Assembly (NCBI GenBank): GCA_963662545.2
Contig: CAXXLL010000002.1
Location: 832,001-896,000, forward strand
From: Gammaproteobacteria bacterium
GTDB taxonomy: Bacteria > Pseudomonadota > Gammaproteobacteria > Ga0077536
Length of the DNA stretch: 64,000 nt
Direction of reading: 5' to 3'
Positions 28,611 through 38,588 of this stretch are shown one piece after another (within the stretch, counting starts at the first letter, position 1; each line of letters opens with the position of its first letter). The position numbers and the translations under genes were made by a program. Below the pieces are notes generated by a model. That model saw only the letters and a program-made list of their open reading frames with translations, had not been told where the DNA came from and ran no database searches.

Positions 28611-29122
28611 GCGCACTGCGGCTCGCCATTGCGGTTGAAAATGGGCTACCCAGCGGGCGCCGACCCGCGCTACATGATGCCGCACGGCCGGTGGTCGGAA
28701 TGACACTCGGCATCGTTGTGCGTTCGGTTCCTGATCCGTCCATGACAGTTTCGCCCGGGCGTCTTTCGATTGCGCCGCAACCACCAATGCGGCTTGGGCG
28801 CTCTCGAGTACGAAAATGTACATTGTATCCGGTGCATACTGTCCACCGTTCATGCCGCGTTCCGAGCCGCGGGACAGCGGCGATGTTAGCGATTAGAATC
28901 GACTTACACTCTCACCGGACGGCGTTGCGGGCCAAGGCGGGGGTCGAGAAAGTACTCAGTTTCGGTATCAAGAAGCGTAGCCGGCTTGCAGCATAGGAAG
29001 CCGCCGGAAAAGAAGCATCAGCTAAACTGGATCCGCCGCGGCCTAGAGCGCGTCAGGCGTGGCGCCGGCATTTCATAACGATACACGATCAGGGAATTCC
29101 AGTAAGTAACGGAGGGCAAGAA

Positions 29123-29806
29123 ATGGCAGCCGCGATGAATGTAGGAATCTATCTATTCGAGAATATGACCATGCTCGACGGTTATGCGCCCCTGCAGATA
29201 TTGTCGTTCGTCGAGGAGTTCGAGACCTTCACCTTCTCGAATGCCAAGATCCCGCTGCGTTCCGACTGCGGTGCGCTGCTCACACCCGATCATGATTTCG
29301 AATCTTGCCCAAAGCTCGATATTCTCATTATGCCGGGCGGCGGTGACGTTTTACCGCAGATGACCGACGCCAACCTCATGGTGCATCTTAAAGAGGTGGG
29401 TAACGAGGCCGCGTACATCACTTCGGTGTGTACTGGTGCGCTGATCCTGGCCGAAGCCGGGCTCCTGGATGGATACCGCGCGACCACCCATTGGGCCTGG
29501 CTCGAACACCTGACGGCCTATCCGGCCATCGAAGTAGTCGACGAGCGCGTGGCCGTCGATCGCAACCGGATCAGCGGCGGCGGCGTCACCGCGGGTATCG
29601 ACTTCGCCCTGACTCTGATCGCCGAAGTCGTCGGACCGCCGGCCGCACAGGCCGTGCAACTGGCGTTTGAATACCGCCCACAGCCCCCATTCGACGCCGG
29701 CTCACCGCATTCGGCCCCGGCGGAAATATTGGGTATGGTGACGGGCTTGATCGATCAACAACAACGGGAACTTAGAGTTTTCATCGACGCGAAACGTGCC
29801 GCCTGA
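29123..29806 (+). CDS. DJ-1/PfpI family protein (isonitrile hydratase-like)
   Basis: SVCTGA nucleophile, ATTHW, GGVTAGIDF and EYRPQPPFDAGSP. Confidence 0.88.
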   Translation: MAAAMNVGIYLFENMTMLDGYAPLQILSFVEEFETFTFSNAKIPLRSDCGALLTPDHDFESCPKLDILIMPGGGDVLPQMTDANLMVHLKEVGNEAAYITSVCTGALILAEAGLLDGYRATTHWAWLEHLTAYPAIEVVDERVAVDRNRISGGGVTAGIDFALTLIAEVVGPPAAQAVQLAFEYRPQPPFDAGSPHSAPAEILGMVTGLIDQQQRELRVFIDAKRAA

Positions 29807-29985
29807 ACGTCGCGTTTTCTGCGCCCACGAGGTACCGCGGCGCAGTATTTGCACGTCATCATCGGGCTCCTAAATTCGATTACTGTCGTAGGAGTTCTCC
29901 GGCGGCCAGATCGGAACTTCCATAAATGCGAGGCGCAGACCGAATGACGTGCTGCGCCGCGCCGTCATTTCCGCCAATCGTTTAT

Positions 29986-31362
29986 TTATCCCGCCGACGC
30001 GGACCGATCCACGCCCGGACCCGCATCTCTCTCGGTATCTCCCATCGTCGGATCGATGACCTCGGGCAGGTGCGCGACGCGGTGGTCGATCAATTCAACG
30101 GATCCCGTGACGATCGAACGTGCCGGCTCTTCCGGCTCGCCGTAGCGCGCTGCGAATTCTGCCCGGGTGCGCGGTGCGAGTGGTTCTTCACGCAGGTGAT
30201 CGGGTTTACCGTCCGCCTCGCGGAACTCCGGTATGACCTCTTCCGCGAAGATCTGGGTGTTCTTCATGACCATCCAGTTCGGCATCGGGCCCAGGGACGA
30301 ACCGACGGCGAGAATCCCGCCCGCGCCGACATCGTCGCAGTACTCGCCCATGCGGTTTTTAACCGTCTCCGGCGAGCCGACGATGATATATCGATCCGCC
30401 AGTAACTCGTCGTAACTCAGCTTGGCTTGCGGTTTGATCTTGCCCTTTTTTAATGCGCCGGCGAAGTTGCGGAAGGATTTCGTGCTCATGTAGCCGGGCG
30501 GGAAAAAGATCGGGTCGGGAATCTTCAGTCCGGTATTGAAAACCCAACTCAAATGCGCCTTGGCTTCGCGGTGCGCCTGCTCGTCGGTTTCGGCGATATA
30601 AGTCGGCACACAGGCATTGAACATGCTCTTCGGTGCATCGTAGCCAAGCCGCTTGCATTCCTCACGCAGACCGTCGAAGGCCATTTTGGTGAACCACTGT
30701 GGCGCGAATACCATCATGTAGGTGTATTTGTGCTCTGCAATGAATTTGAGCGTTTCGAGCGAGCCCTGCCCCGGAATCCATATCGGCGGGTGTGGTTGCT
30801 GAAGGGGCTTCGGGATCGGATTCACATTCGGAACGTAGAAGTGATCGCCTTGCCAGGTAAACGGGCCGTCTTCGGTCCAGGCTTTGATGATCAGATCGTG
30901 CGCTTCGTGGAAGCGCTCCAGCGAATCGGCCGGTACCACGCCGTTGTTGAAGTATTCACAGCCGATGCCGCGCACGAAGCCGTTGATGATCCGACCGCCG
31001 GATATCACATCGAGCATCGCGATCTCTTCGGCGACGCGCAAGGGATTACCGTGCAGCGGGGTCGCGTTGCCAATGACTCCGATCGGGATATGCGTAGTGC
31101 GCTGTATGAGCATCGCGGCGATGATGTTCGGCGACGGCATGGTGCCGTAGAAATTCGCATGATGCTCGTTGACGCAGGTCCCGTCGAAGCCGAATTTCTC
31201 GGCAGAGACGAGCTGGTCGATATAGTCGTTATAGAGATTACGTCCGCGCTGCGGGTCGTAGTACTTATTCGACAGGGACACCCAGGTGGAATCGAACTCC
31301 GCGGTCGGCGGAATATAGGGGTAGGGCATTAAATGGAAAAAGTAGAAGCGCAGTTTGTTCAT
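29986..31362 (-). CDS. Luciferase-like (LLM class) flavin-dependent monooxygenase
   Basis: GFDGTCVNEHH, NPLRVAEEIAMLDVISGGR and PKPLQQPHPPIW. Confidence 0.88.
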   Translation of the reverse strand: MNKLRFYFFHLMPYPYIPPTAEFDSTWVSLSNKYYDPQRGRNLYNDYIDQLVSAEKFGFDGTCVNEHHANFYGTMPSPNIIAAMLIQRTTHIPIGVIGNATPLHGNPLRVAEEIAMLDVISGGRIINGFVRGIGCEYFNNGVVPADSLERFHEAHDLIIKAWTEDGPFTWQGDHFYVPNVNPIPKPLQQPHPPIWIPGQGSLETLKFIAEHKYTYMMVFAPQWFTKMAFDGLREECKRLGYDAPKSMFNACVPTYIAETDEQAHREAKAHLSWVFNTGLKIPDPIFFPPGYMSTKSFRNFAGALKKGKIKPQAKLSYDELLADRYIIVGSPETVKNRMGEYCDDVGAGGILAVGSSLGPMPNWMVMKNTQIFAEEVIPEFREADGKPDHLREEPLAPRTRAEFAARYGEPEEPARSIVTGSVELIDHRVAHLPEVIDPTMGDTERDAGPGVDRSASAG

Positions 31363-32189
31363 TTCGATGCCTCCTCAATAAAGGCGAGCAGCTCGTCGAC
31401 CAGTTCTCGCGGCCGCTCCAGGCAGGGCTCGTGACCTGTCCCGGGGATCCGGACCAGGCGGCTGTTCGGGAGTACTTCAGCGTACTTGTCCGACATTTCG
31501 TTCGGGATCAAGCGATCGTTCGACCCGCCGACCACCAATGTCGGGCACTGCAATCGCCGTAGACGCCGCTCTAGGGCCAGGTTGTACCGCGGCGCCCACA
31601 TCAGCCGCGCGGCGGCGGAAAATTCCGAATAAAGGTGAATGCCCTCGTCGAAGTCGTCCGGATCGACGGCGAATTGTTGCATGACCTCCTTGTCGTCGAA
31701 CAGCCGGTCCATCAACTGCTCGGGTGTCAACTGAAAGATATCGATGCCCGGCTTGTCTTTGAGTCGCAGGCCGACCGGTGTGATCAGACTCAGGCTTTTC
31801 AGGCGCCGCGGAAAGAACGATGCGAACTCGGAGGCGGCCCAGCCGCCCATGGAAAAGCCGATCAAATGCAGCTGTTCGATCCCAAGCTGCTCGAAAAATT
31901 GATCATAGATGATCGTGAGGTCGTCGAAGTTCCGAAACCATTCGGGCATCGGCGTTTCGCCGAAACCGGGCGATTCCGGCGCAATGAAATCGACCCGCTC
32001 GGCGAGCATTTCGTACATCGGCAGCCACATGCGTGTGAATCCAGCGCCGTGAAACATCACCACTATTTCGCCTTTACCCTGGCGGCGATAGGCGATCGGA
32101 ATCCCGAATACCTCCTCGAATGCCGGCGGAGTGTAGTATTTGGTGGGCTTTGGAACGTCTAGCTTTTCGATGACGTCTATATAACTCAT
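31359..32189 (-). CDS. Alpha/beta-fold hydrolase
   Basis: HGAG, PGFG, GFSMGG nucleophile elbow and GTGHEP. Overlaps the LLM gene by 4 nt. Confidence 0.85.
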   Translation of the reverse strand: MSYIDVIEKLDVPKPTKYYTPPAFEEVFGIPIAYRRQGKGEIVVMFHGAGFTRMWLPMYEMLAERVDFIAPESPGFGETPMPEWFRNFDDLTIIYDQFFEQLGIEQLHLIGFSMGGWAASEFASFFPRRLKSLSLITPVGLRLKDKPGIDIFQLTPEQLMDRLFDDKEVMQQFAVDPDDFDEGIHLYSEFSAAARLMWAPRYNLALERRLRRLQCPTLVVGGSNDRLIPNEMSDKYAEVLPNSRLVRIPGTGHEPCLERPRELVDELLAFIEEASK

Positions 32190-32524
32190 CGGGCACGACC
32201 TCCTGGGCGTTTCATTGTTTTCCCCGCTACTATTTTACGCGAGCCAAGTGCAATTGCATCCACGTATTTTGGGGGTGGCTGGGGATAAAGAATAGATCAG
32301 TATCAGGTCTTGCCTTGTGTCAGAAGTAGATCGGCGTCAGCTCCGGGCTTTTGCGATGGGACGTAACGTATTCCACTTAGGACCGCACGTGGCAGGCGGA
32401 TCTCAATCTGCCCGGCATAGAGACCATCGCCGTCACTGTTTTTGCCCGTCGAATTACCGTTAGGTTAGTGTCCGTCCAGAACAGAGTAACTCTTGCCAAG
32501 ACGCAAACATCGCAAAGATTTCAA

Positions 32525-32582
32525 TTCGCCCGCAAGCGGGCTTCTACTCGGGCCATACCCTAAGAGCCCGCTTGCGGGCGAA
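32525..32582. repeat. GTAG-family REP doublet (inverted pair)
   Basis: TTCGCCCGCAAGCGGGCTTCTAC (32525-32547) and AGAGCCCGCTTGCGGGCGAA (32563-32582). Same unit as at 27577. Confidence 0.7.
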
Positions 32583-32783
32583 TGACGACCACCGTCTCAA
32601 ACAACAAGGTGTCCTATTATTCAGGACACCTGTTCAGGAGACGACGGAAAAAAACCAATCCCTCCGTACCCGATTCCTATGATTTCTCTCAACCGAACGA
32701 GCCGGCAATAATGGTTTAGACCGCATGCTAAGATCGATCGCCGATCTCGACTCAACTCCACACTATCGCGAGAGATCAAAGCC

Positions 32784-33836
32784 GTGCCCTCACCATCGCT
32801 TCCCGAAGGCCTGATAGAACTCGACGAACTCGATCTACTGGTCGTCGTCGACAATGAAACGGACACGCTGTCCAGCGTCGACGAGGGCGTACCGCAGATC
32901 CCGGAAGTCGTGCAAATCGCTGCGAGAACGCCGCCCGATCGCATCTACGATGGGCACGAGTGCAAGGTCGTCTTCGATCAACTCTGCTGCGCCTGTCACG
33001 GACTGTCGGTGCTCATCACCGGACGTCGTGGTGATGTGCGGCACACGATGTTGTTCGACGTCGGTCCGTATGCCGATGTCTGGCTCGATAACACCCGACG
33101 CCTGGATATCGACATCGCGACTATTGAAATGCTGTTTCTTTCCCATTGGCATTATGACCACAGCGGGGGTTTCCCGGAGGTGATCAGTGCGATTTGCGCC
33201 GCGCGCCGCGACGCGGGCCGCTCCGAGCCGCTCATTGTCGATCTCCATCCGGAGCGCCCCGATCAGCGCGGCATATTGATACCGAGCGGCGTCATGATTC
33301 TGCTTCCGAAAGAACCGGAATTCGCGGATATCGAGGCTGCGGGGGGCAAGATCTCGAAGCATGGTGAAGCGCACGCCCTATGCGACGGCTTCTTCTACAG
33401 CAGCGGCGAAATCGATCGTGAGACTGCCTACGAAACCGGTCTCGTTGGCCATCACAGCTTCCACGGCGATGACGGCTTTCCCGATCCTCTGATCATGGAC
33501 GAACGTTTTCTCGCCGCTGCCGTTCGCGGGCGGGGCGTGACGGTCTTGTCAGCCTGTTCGCATGCCGGCATCGTCAACGCGTGCCTCGGGGCGAAGCGCG
33601 CGTTTCCGGGCAGGCCCACGGACCTGGTCCTGGGCGGCTATCATCTGGCCGGAAAAGCGATGGAGCCGCGTATAGATGAAACCGTGCAGGATCTCGAAAC
33701 ACGCATTCAACCCCGACTCCTGGCACCCGGGCATTGCACGGGCTGGCGCGCCAAGGCCCGTCTGGCAAACACTTTCGCACCCGGCCGGTACGCGCCGAGC
33801 GTGGTCGGCACGCGTTATCGGCTGGAAGCTGAATAA
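32784..33836 (+). CDS. Metallo-beta-lactamase-fold hydrolase
   Basis: LFDVG, SHWHYDHSGG, ACSHAGIVN, GGYHL and PGHCTG. Confidence 0.85.
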   Translation: MPSPSLPEGLIELDELDLLVVVDNETDTLSSVDEGVPQIPEVVQIAARTPPDRIYDGHECKVVFDQLCCACHGLSVLITGRRGDVRHTMLFDVGPYADVWLDNTRRLDIDIATIEMLFLSHWHYDHSGGFPEVISAICAARRDAGRSEPLIVDLHPERPDQRGILIPSGVMILLPKEPEFADIEAAGGKISKHGEAHALCDGFFYSSGEIDRETAYETGLVGHHSFHGDDGFPDPLIMDERFLAAAVRGRGVTVLSACSHAGIVNACLGAKRAFPGRPTDLVLGGYHLAGKAMEPRIDETVQDLETRIQPRLLAPGHCTGWRAKARLANTFAPGRYAPSVVGTRYRLEAE

Positions 33837-33882
33837 AGCTTCGCTGCCATACCTGAGCGGTTGCGAACGATCCAATTCGAGA

Positions 33883-34740
33883 TCAAGCTGGCGCGTCGTC
33901 GCGCTCGGCCAGCATCGTCTGCAGTACTTCGTCCAGAGTCGGGGGCGGGGACACATCCTTGTAGGCAGCGAGCGAAGCATAGGTTTGCGCCGCGGCGCGA
34001 TGATAGTCTCCAGGCAGGCTTTTGTCGTCGAAGGTGTCGGCGATTTCGCGCATTTCGCCGACAAAGCGCCATGCCTTTGCGGCATTGAGCGATGCTGCGG
34101 ATTCACTGTTCGATTCGAGACCCGGCTGCGACCGATGCCATTCTTCACAGAGGGCGTCTTCGACGCCCTCTGTCCGGGCCAGCGCCCGCACCGCAAGGAG
34201 CAGGGCCGACGAACCCTTGGTCCATGCCGCGTAGCACATTTTCAACGCCGACGCCGCCGTGCGATGCCCCCCGATATCGATGGCCTCGAGTTTGCTGCCC
34301 GCGAAGTATGCAGCGGTTTCAGCGGCCCGCGCCCCGGAAAGATAGAGGCGGGTCGTACCGTCCGCGTACGGGGGCGGACCGATGATGCCGCCGTCCACAT
34401 AGTTGGCGCCACCGGCTTCCACGGTGTCCGCTACGGCTTGCGCGGAACGCGGAGAGATAGCATTTGCATCGAGATAGATGCCTTCGAATCCCGTCTTCGC
34501 GACTTCACTCGCAGTGCCCTTGGTCGCGGCCGGCGGGCAGACGGCTATCACAATGGCGGCGTTTTCGATCAGTTCGCCGAGCGTGAGATACGTTTTCAAT
34601 TCGGCCTTTATTGCCCGGTCGCGCGTCGCCTCACTGCGCCCATCAGCGACCCAGCCAACGGTATGCCCCATCGCATTTGCGCAGGCACCAATGGCAGCGC
34701 CCATTTCCCCGGGATGGAGTAAGGCAATTCGTACGGTCAT
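33883..34740 (-). CDS. NAD(P)-dependent oxidoreductase (6PGDH/HIBADH-like, DUF1932)
   Basis: LLHPGEMG, VDGGIIGPP, ASALKMCYA and KAWRFVGEMREIA. Confidence 0.82.
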   Translation of the reverse strand: MTVRIALLHPGEMGAAIGACANAMGHTVGWVADGRSEATRDRAIKAELKTYLTLGELIENAAIVIAVCPPAATKGTASEVAKTGFEGIYLDANAISPRSAQAVADTVEAGGANYVDGGIIGPPPYADGTTRLYLSGARAAETAAYFAGSKLEAIDIGGHRTAASALKMCYAAWTKGSSALLLAVRALARTEGVEDALCEEWHRSQPGLESNSESAASLNAAKAWRFVGEMREIADTFDDKSLPGDYHRAAAQTYASLAAYKDVSPPPTLDEVLQTMLAERDDAPA

Positions 34741-34791
34741 AAGGCCTCCGATAAGCTTGCGGAACGAAGGGTGCAAGCACTGCGCGACGTG

Positions 34792-35157
34792 TCAGCCGAT
34801 CATGGTGTAGCCGCCGCTGACGCTCAAGACCTATCCGGTCACATGCCCCGCGGCCGCATTCGATGACAGGAACAACACGGCATTCGCGACGTCGCGCGGT
34901 CGGCCGAGCTTCTTCAGCGGCAATGCCCTCGCGATATTCTCCAACTTCTCCGCGGTGAACATTGAATCCATGTCGGCCTACAGGCTGTCGGCGCCGGCCG
35001 TCTCGGCATCCTTCGCGACGGCATGCGCCTACTCCATATCGACGTTGCCCAGAGCGATCTTCGCACCTTCGCCGGCAAATCCTAAAGTGTTGGCACGGCC
35101 AATGTTCGATGCGCCGCCGGTCACGACGACGGCCTTATTCTCGAGTTCAAGATCCAT
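34792..35157 (-). pseudogene. Short-chain dehydrogenase/reductase pseudogene
   Basis: Manual translation: MDLELENKAVVVTGGASNIG...VDME*AHAVAKDAETAGADSL*ADMD...PLKKLGRPRDVANAVLFLSS...HVTG*VLSVSGGYTMIG*. Three in-frame TAGs; the central catalytic region is absent. Confidence 0.85.
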
Positions 35158-35282
35158 GTTTTACTGTCGCGTTATCCATTTCGAATTTCGTCGAACTACC
35201 GGTATTTCGTCGAGCTGGTTAACCCGCAGTGCTTATTAGGGTGCCTTAGGACTCGCGCACCGGCTGCCGACCTATTCGCCTG

Positions 35283-36161
35283 TCAACCTCTGTGCGCATC
35301 CAGGAACGCGAGCAGCGCACCGGAGTAAGCCTCCGATTCTTCCCACATGATGACGTGGGTGCCATTTTTGAACGTGCGGGTCTCGGCGTTCGGCAGCGCG
35401 TCCTGCATGCGCTTGCCGACACCGGCGTCGTAGCGCCCAGTCATGATCAGCGTTGGTTGCGTGATCTTGTGAAGATCCGCGATCCGGTTCCAGTCTTTCA
35501 TTGCACCGGTGTAGCAAAATTCGTTTGGGCCCTGGAGCGCTTCAAAAGGTGCTGGGTTGAAGCCCAGGATCGAGCGGTTGAGTGCGTCGGGCCAGGTCTC
35601 CAGGTTACACACGAAGCGGTAGTTCAGCAGTGTCACCGCAGCCTGGTATTCGGGATGATCGAACATGCCGCGCGCCTCGTAACGCTGCATCATTGCGTCG
35701 GTCTCCAGGCCCAAGACACGACGCAGGCGAATCTGCTCGCCCGCAGAGTGGGCAATGTCTGCAGAGCCGTTGGCGATGATGAAGGACTTGAATGTATCGG
35801 GATAGGTCAGCGCATATTCGATGCCGAACCACGTGCCCCATGAATGGCCGTAGAGATGAACCGTGCCCAGTCCCAGGGCATCGCGGACGGTTTCTGCCTC
35901 GTTTACGTAACGTGCCAGTGTCCACAGACCTGGATCGTCGGGTTTATCAGACTCACCGCAGCCGAGCTGGTCGTAGCAGACGACGCGATAACCCTCGTCC
36001 GCCAGCCACGAATGCGCATCGCGAATGTAGTCGCAGGCCATGCCGGGGCCGCCGTTGAGACAAAAGAGCACCTCCTCGCCGGTGCCAAAGCTATACGTAA
36101 CGATTTTGTGACCGTCGACCTCGACACGCCGCACATCGTCAGCTTTACGGTCTTCGAACAT
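35283..36161 (-). CDS. Proline iminopeptidase / L-amino acid amidase-family hydrolase
   Basis: NGGPG, YDQLGCGESD, GHSWG and GPNEF. Confidence 0.85.
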   Translation of the reverse strand: MFEDRKADDVRRVEVDGHKIVTYSFGTGEEVLFCLNGGPGMACDYIRDAHSWLADEGYRVVCYDQLGCGESDKPDDPGLWTLARYVNEAETVRDALGLGTVHLYGHSWGTWFGIEYALTYPDTFKSFIIANGSADIAHSAGEQIRLRRVLGLETDAMMQRYEARGMFDHPEYQAAVTLLNYRFVCNLETWPDALNRSILGFNPAPFEALQGPNEFCYTGAMKDWNRIADLHKITQPTLIMTGRYDAGVGKRMQDALPNAETRTFKNGTHVIMWEESEAYSGALLAFLDAHRG

Positions 36162-36297
36162 GAATCTCACAGTGCCTCACGGATGCATCGTCTGGGCAGT
36201 TTATCCGTTTTTGAGGTGGCACGGCTCTCGTTCGCCCGCGTAGATTCCTGCGGTATCGCACAGGTAGAATCCCGCTTCCAGGCGCATCATCCCGCGC

Positions 36298-36693
36298 TCA
36301 CGCGAGTGCTATACATTCCACTTCAATATCGAACGCAATAGGCCAGGATCCAACCGCGACGAATGTCCTCGCCGGCGGCGCGGAGGCGAAATGTTCACGG
36401 TACACGCCGTTGATGGCGTCAAAGTGCGCCGCATTGGAGGCGTACACGGTCACCTTCAGCACCTTTTCCAATGACGAGCCGGCCGCTTCCAGACAGGCTT
36501 TCACATTTTCGAGGCAATGCCGGGTCTGTGTGACGATGTCGGCGTTCAGAATGAACTCGCCGGTTTCCCGATCGATCGGCGGCATCCCAGACACAAACAC
36601 GAGTCCAGCGCCTTTAATGACGGTTGAGAGCGGTACCTTGGCCTTCTCGATGGCTTCGGTGAGTTTTCCAACGCGGATGATTTCTTTATCCAT
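36298..36693 (-). CDS. RidA/YjgF-family protein
   Basis: VFVSG, VLKVTVY, PPART and IEVECIA. Confidence 0.88.
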   Translation of the reverse strand: MDKEIIRVGKLTEAIEKAKVPLSTVIKGAGLVFVSGMPPIDRETGEFILNADIVTQTRHCLENVKACLEAAGSSLEKVLKVTVYASNAAHFDAINGVYREHFASAPPARTFVAVGSWPIAFDIEVECIALA

Positions 36694-36775
36694 TAAAGTT
36701 CCTTTCATGTGGTGTTAGGGCAACGCGAAATACCTTGCCACGAACGTGGGTGTTTCGTCGGCCTCGGGCAGGGGA

Positions 36776-37240
36776 TCAATCCTTTGGCCGCGTCTGCCCT
36801 CCCATGGCTTCGGCGGCGGTCGTGCGCATCGCCCACTGCGAATAGTCGGCCTTGAGTTCTATCGTGTGTTCGTCCGGATCCAGTACGTACATCGAGGTCC
36901 CGAAACCTGTCGAGCCGTAGAGCTCGACCGGTCCGAGGGTGATCGGGATATCGTTGTCCTTCAGGTAGGCCTCCATGACGTCGACGTCTCCGCGGACGTT
37001 CAGGCACACGTGATCGATGCCGCGCTCAGCCTTGACCGCGAGCTTTTCGCCTGCCTTCAAGACGCTCAAGTCGATCAGGTTTCGCCCGCAGCGAAGCTGG
37101 TATATCTGGAGGTCCTCGATCACGCGCTCCAGCGCGAGCCCCAGAATATCGACATAAAACTTGAGTGAGCGCTCGATATTCGTCACGCGCAGAACGACGT
37201 GGTCAATGCCGCAGCATTCGATAGGGTGATTTTGTTTCAC
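36776..37240 (-). CDS. VOC/glyoxalase-family protein
   Basis: IDHVVLRV, FYVDILG, IDHVCL and YVLDPDEHTIEL. Confidence 0.85.
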   Translation of the reverse strand: MKQNHPIECCGIDHVVLRVTNIERSLKFYVDILGLALERVIEDLQIYQLRCGRNLIDLSVLKAGEKLAVKAERGIDHVCLNVRGDVDVMEAYLKDNDIPITLGPVELYGSTGFGTSMYVLDPDEHTIELKADYSQWAMRTTAAEAMGGQTRPKD

Positions 37241-37333
37241 GATGCCATTTCTCTTGCCCGGTTAAAATCTACGCTACTGAAACAGAGCGGTTTCGCCGAT
37301 ATCCGCGTCATCGCACTTCTTAGTCCAAGCTTC

Positions 37334-38473
37334 TCAGCGAACTTGAGCGAAACACGTACGTAATTCGTCGACGAAGCTCGCCGGCTGTTCAAACGCGGCG
37401 AAGTGTCCGCCCTTGTCGAGAATATTGAAGTGAATGAGATTAGTGAAACGATCCTCCACCCAGCGTTTTGACGCGAAGAAGATCTCCTTGGGGTAAATGC
37501 TGACGCCGGTTGGGGTGTGTACTTTTTGCGGTTCCTCGCCCAGGACTGAAAAGCTCTCCCAGTAGATCCGCGCCGACGAGGCGCCGGCTTCCGGCAGCCA
37601 ATACATCATGACATTGTCGAGCAGTTCGTCGCGCGACAGCACATTTTCCGGAGGGACGCGGCCGGACCAGGCCCAGAACTTCTCGAGGATCCACGCCGCC
37701 TGTGCAAGCGGCGAATCCACCAGCCCGTAGCCGACGGTCTGCGGACGGGTGCTCTGCTCCTTGGAATAGCCGGAATCCCAGTCCCAGTAGTACTGTCCAG
37801 CCGCGATCGCCCGCTGCTCGAAATCCGTCAGGTCTTCCAGCAGCGGACCGGTCGGCCGGACGATCGGCAGGTTCGTATGGATCGCGGCGCAATGATCGGT
37901 CTGCGTCAGACCGATGCTGGTGGTGATTATCGATCCCCAGTCGCCGCCCTGTGCCACGTAACGGTCATAGCCGAGCGCCGCCATCAACTGACCCCAGGCG
38001 CGGCCGATCCGCTCGATCTTCCAGCCGGGGACGGTCGGTTTACCGGAAAAGCCGAAGCCCGGCAGGGTGGGACAGACCAGATGGAATGCATCGGATGCCT
38101 TGCCGCCGTGTGCCTCCGGATCGGTCAGCGGTCCGATCACTTTCATGAACTCGATCACCGAGCCCGGCCAGCCGTGGCTCATCACCAGCGGTAGCGCGCC
38201 GTCATGCGGTGAGCGTACGTGCAGGAATTGGAAGTCGAGCCCGTCGATTTCCGTCATGTATTGCGGCAGCGCGTTGAGCGCCGTTTCGCAGCGCCGCCAG
38301 TCGTATTCGTTCTGCCAGTAGTCGCAGACTTCCTTCATGTAGGCCAGCGGTACGCCCTGGCTCCAGTCGTCGGGCGTCTCGCGATCCGGCCAGCGCGCCG
38401 CGCCGAGCCGGCGTTTCAAATCGTCGAGCGCTTCCTCGGGTACGTCAAAACGGAAAGATCGGATGTCGCTCAT
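37334..38473 (-). CDS. Epoxide hydrolase (microsomal/EHN type)
   Basis: YDWR N-terminal domain, HGWPGS, QGGDWG and GGHFAAFEQP. Confidence 0.92.
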   Translation of the reverse strand: MSDIRSFRFDVPEEALDDLKRRLGAARWPDRETPDDWSQGVPLAYMKEVCDYWQNEYDWRRCETALNALPQYMTEIDGLDFQFLHVRSPHDGALPLVMSHGWPGSVIEFMKVIGPLTDPEAHGGKASDAFHLVCPTLPGFGFSGKPTVPGWKIERIGRAWGQLMAALGYDRYVAQGGDWGSIITTSIGLTQTDHCAAIHTNLPIVRPTGPLLEDLTDFEQRAIAAGQYYWDWDSGYSKEQSTRPQTVGYGLVDSPLAQAAWILEKFWAWSGRVPPENVLSRDELLDNVMMYWLPEAGASSARIYWESFSVLGEEPQKVHTPTGVSIYPKEIFFASKRWVEDRFTNLIHFNILDKGGHFAAFEQPASFVDELRTCFAQVR

Positions 38474-38588
38474 TGAAGGGTTCCTGGTTTCTTTTCAATT
38501 TCTGGACCGCGAATTGGCGCTGTATTTATTGTGCTGCGGTCGCGGTCACTTGCACAAGCGCTCGAAAATCCGTTGCTATTACGATAAC

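Noticed and set aside
28611-28996. Long N-terminal extension of the DUF4124 ORF, or a separate small gene
   Set aside because: The signal peptide begins at Met 28610, and the upstream translations show no recognisable protein features.
29888-29923. Additional degenerate GTAG REP (GTAGGAGTTC...GAACTTCCAT)
   Set aside because: It shares only the first 7 nt with the REP unit and the stem is imperfect.
34792-35157. Amber read-through (pyrrolysine or recoding) in the SDR with three TAGs
   Set aside because: The catalytic core is deleted anyway, TAG is a normal stop for intact genes here (e.g. prmA, prmD), and no pyl genes are seen.
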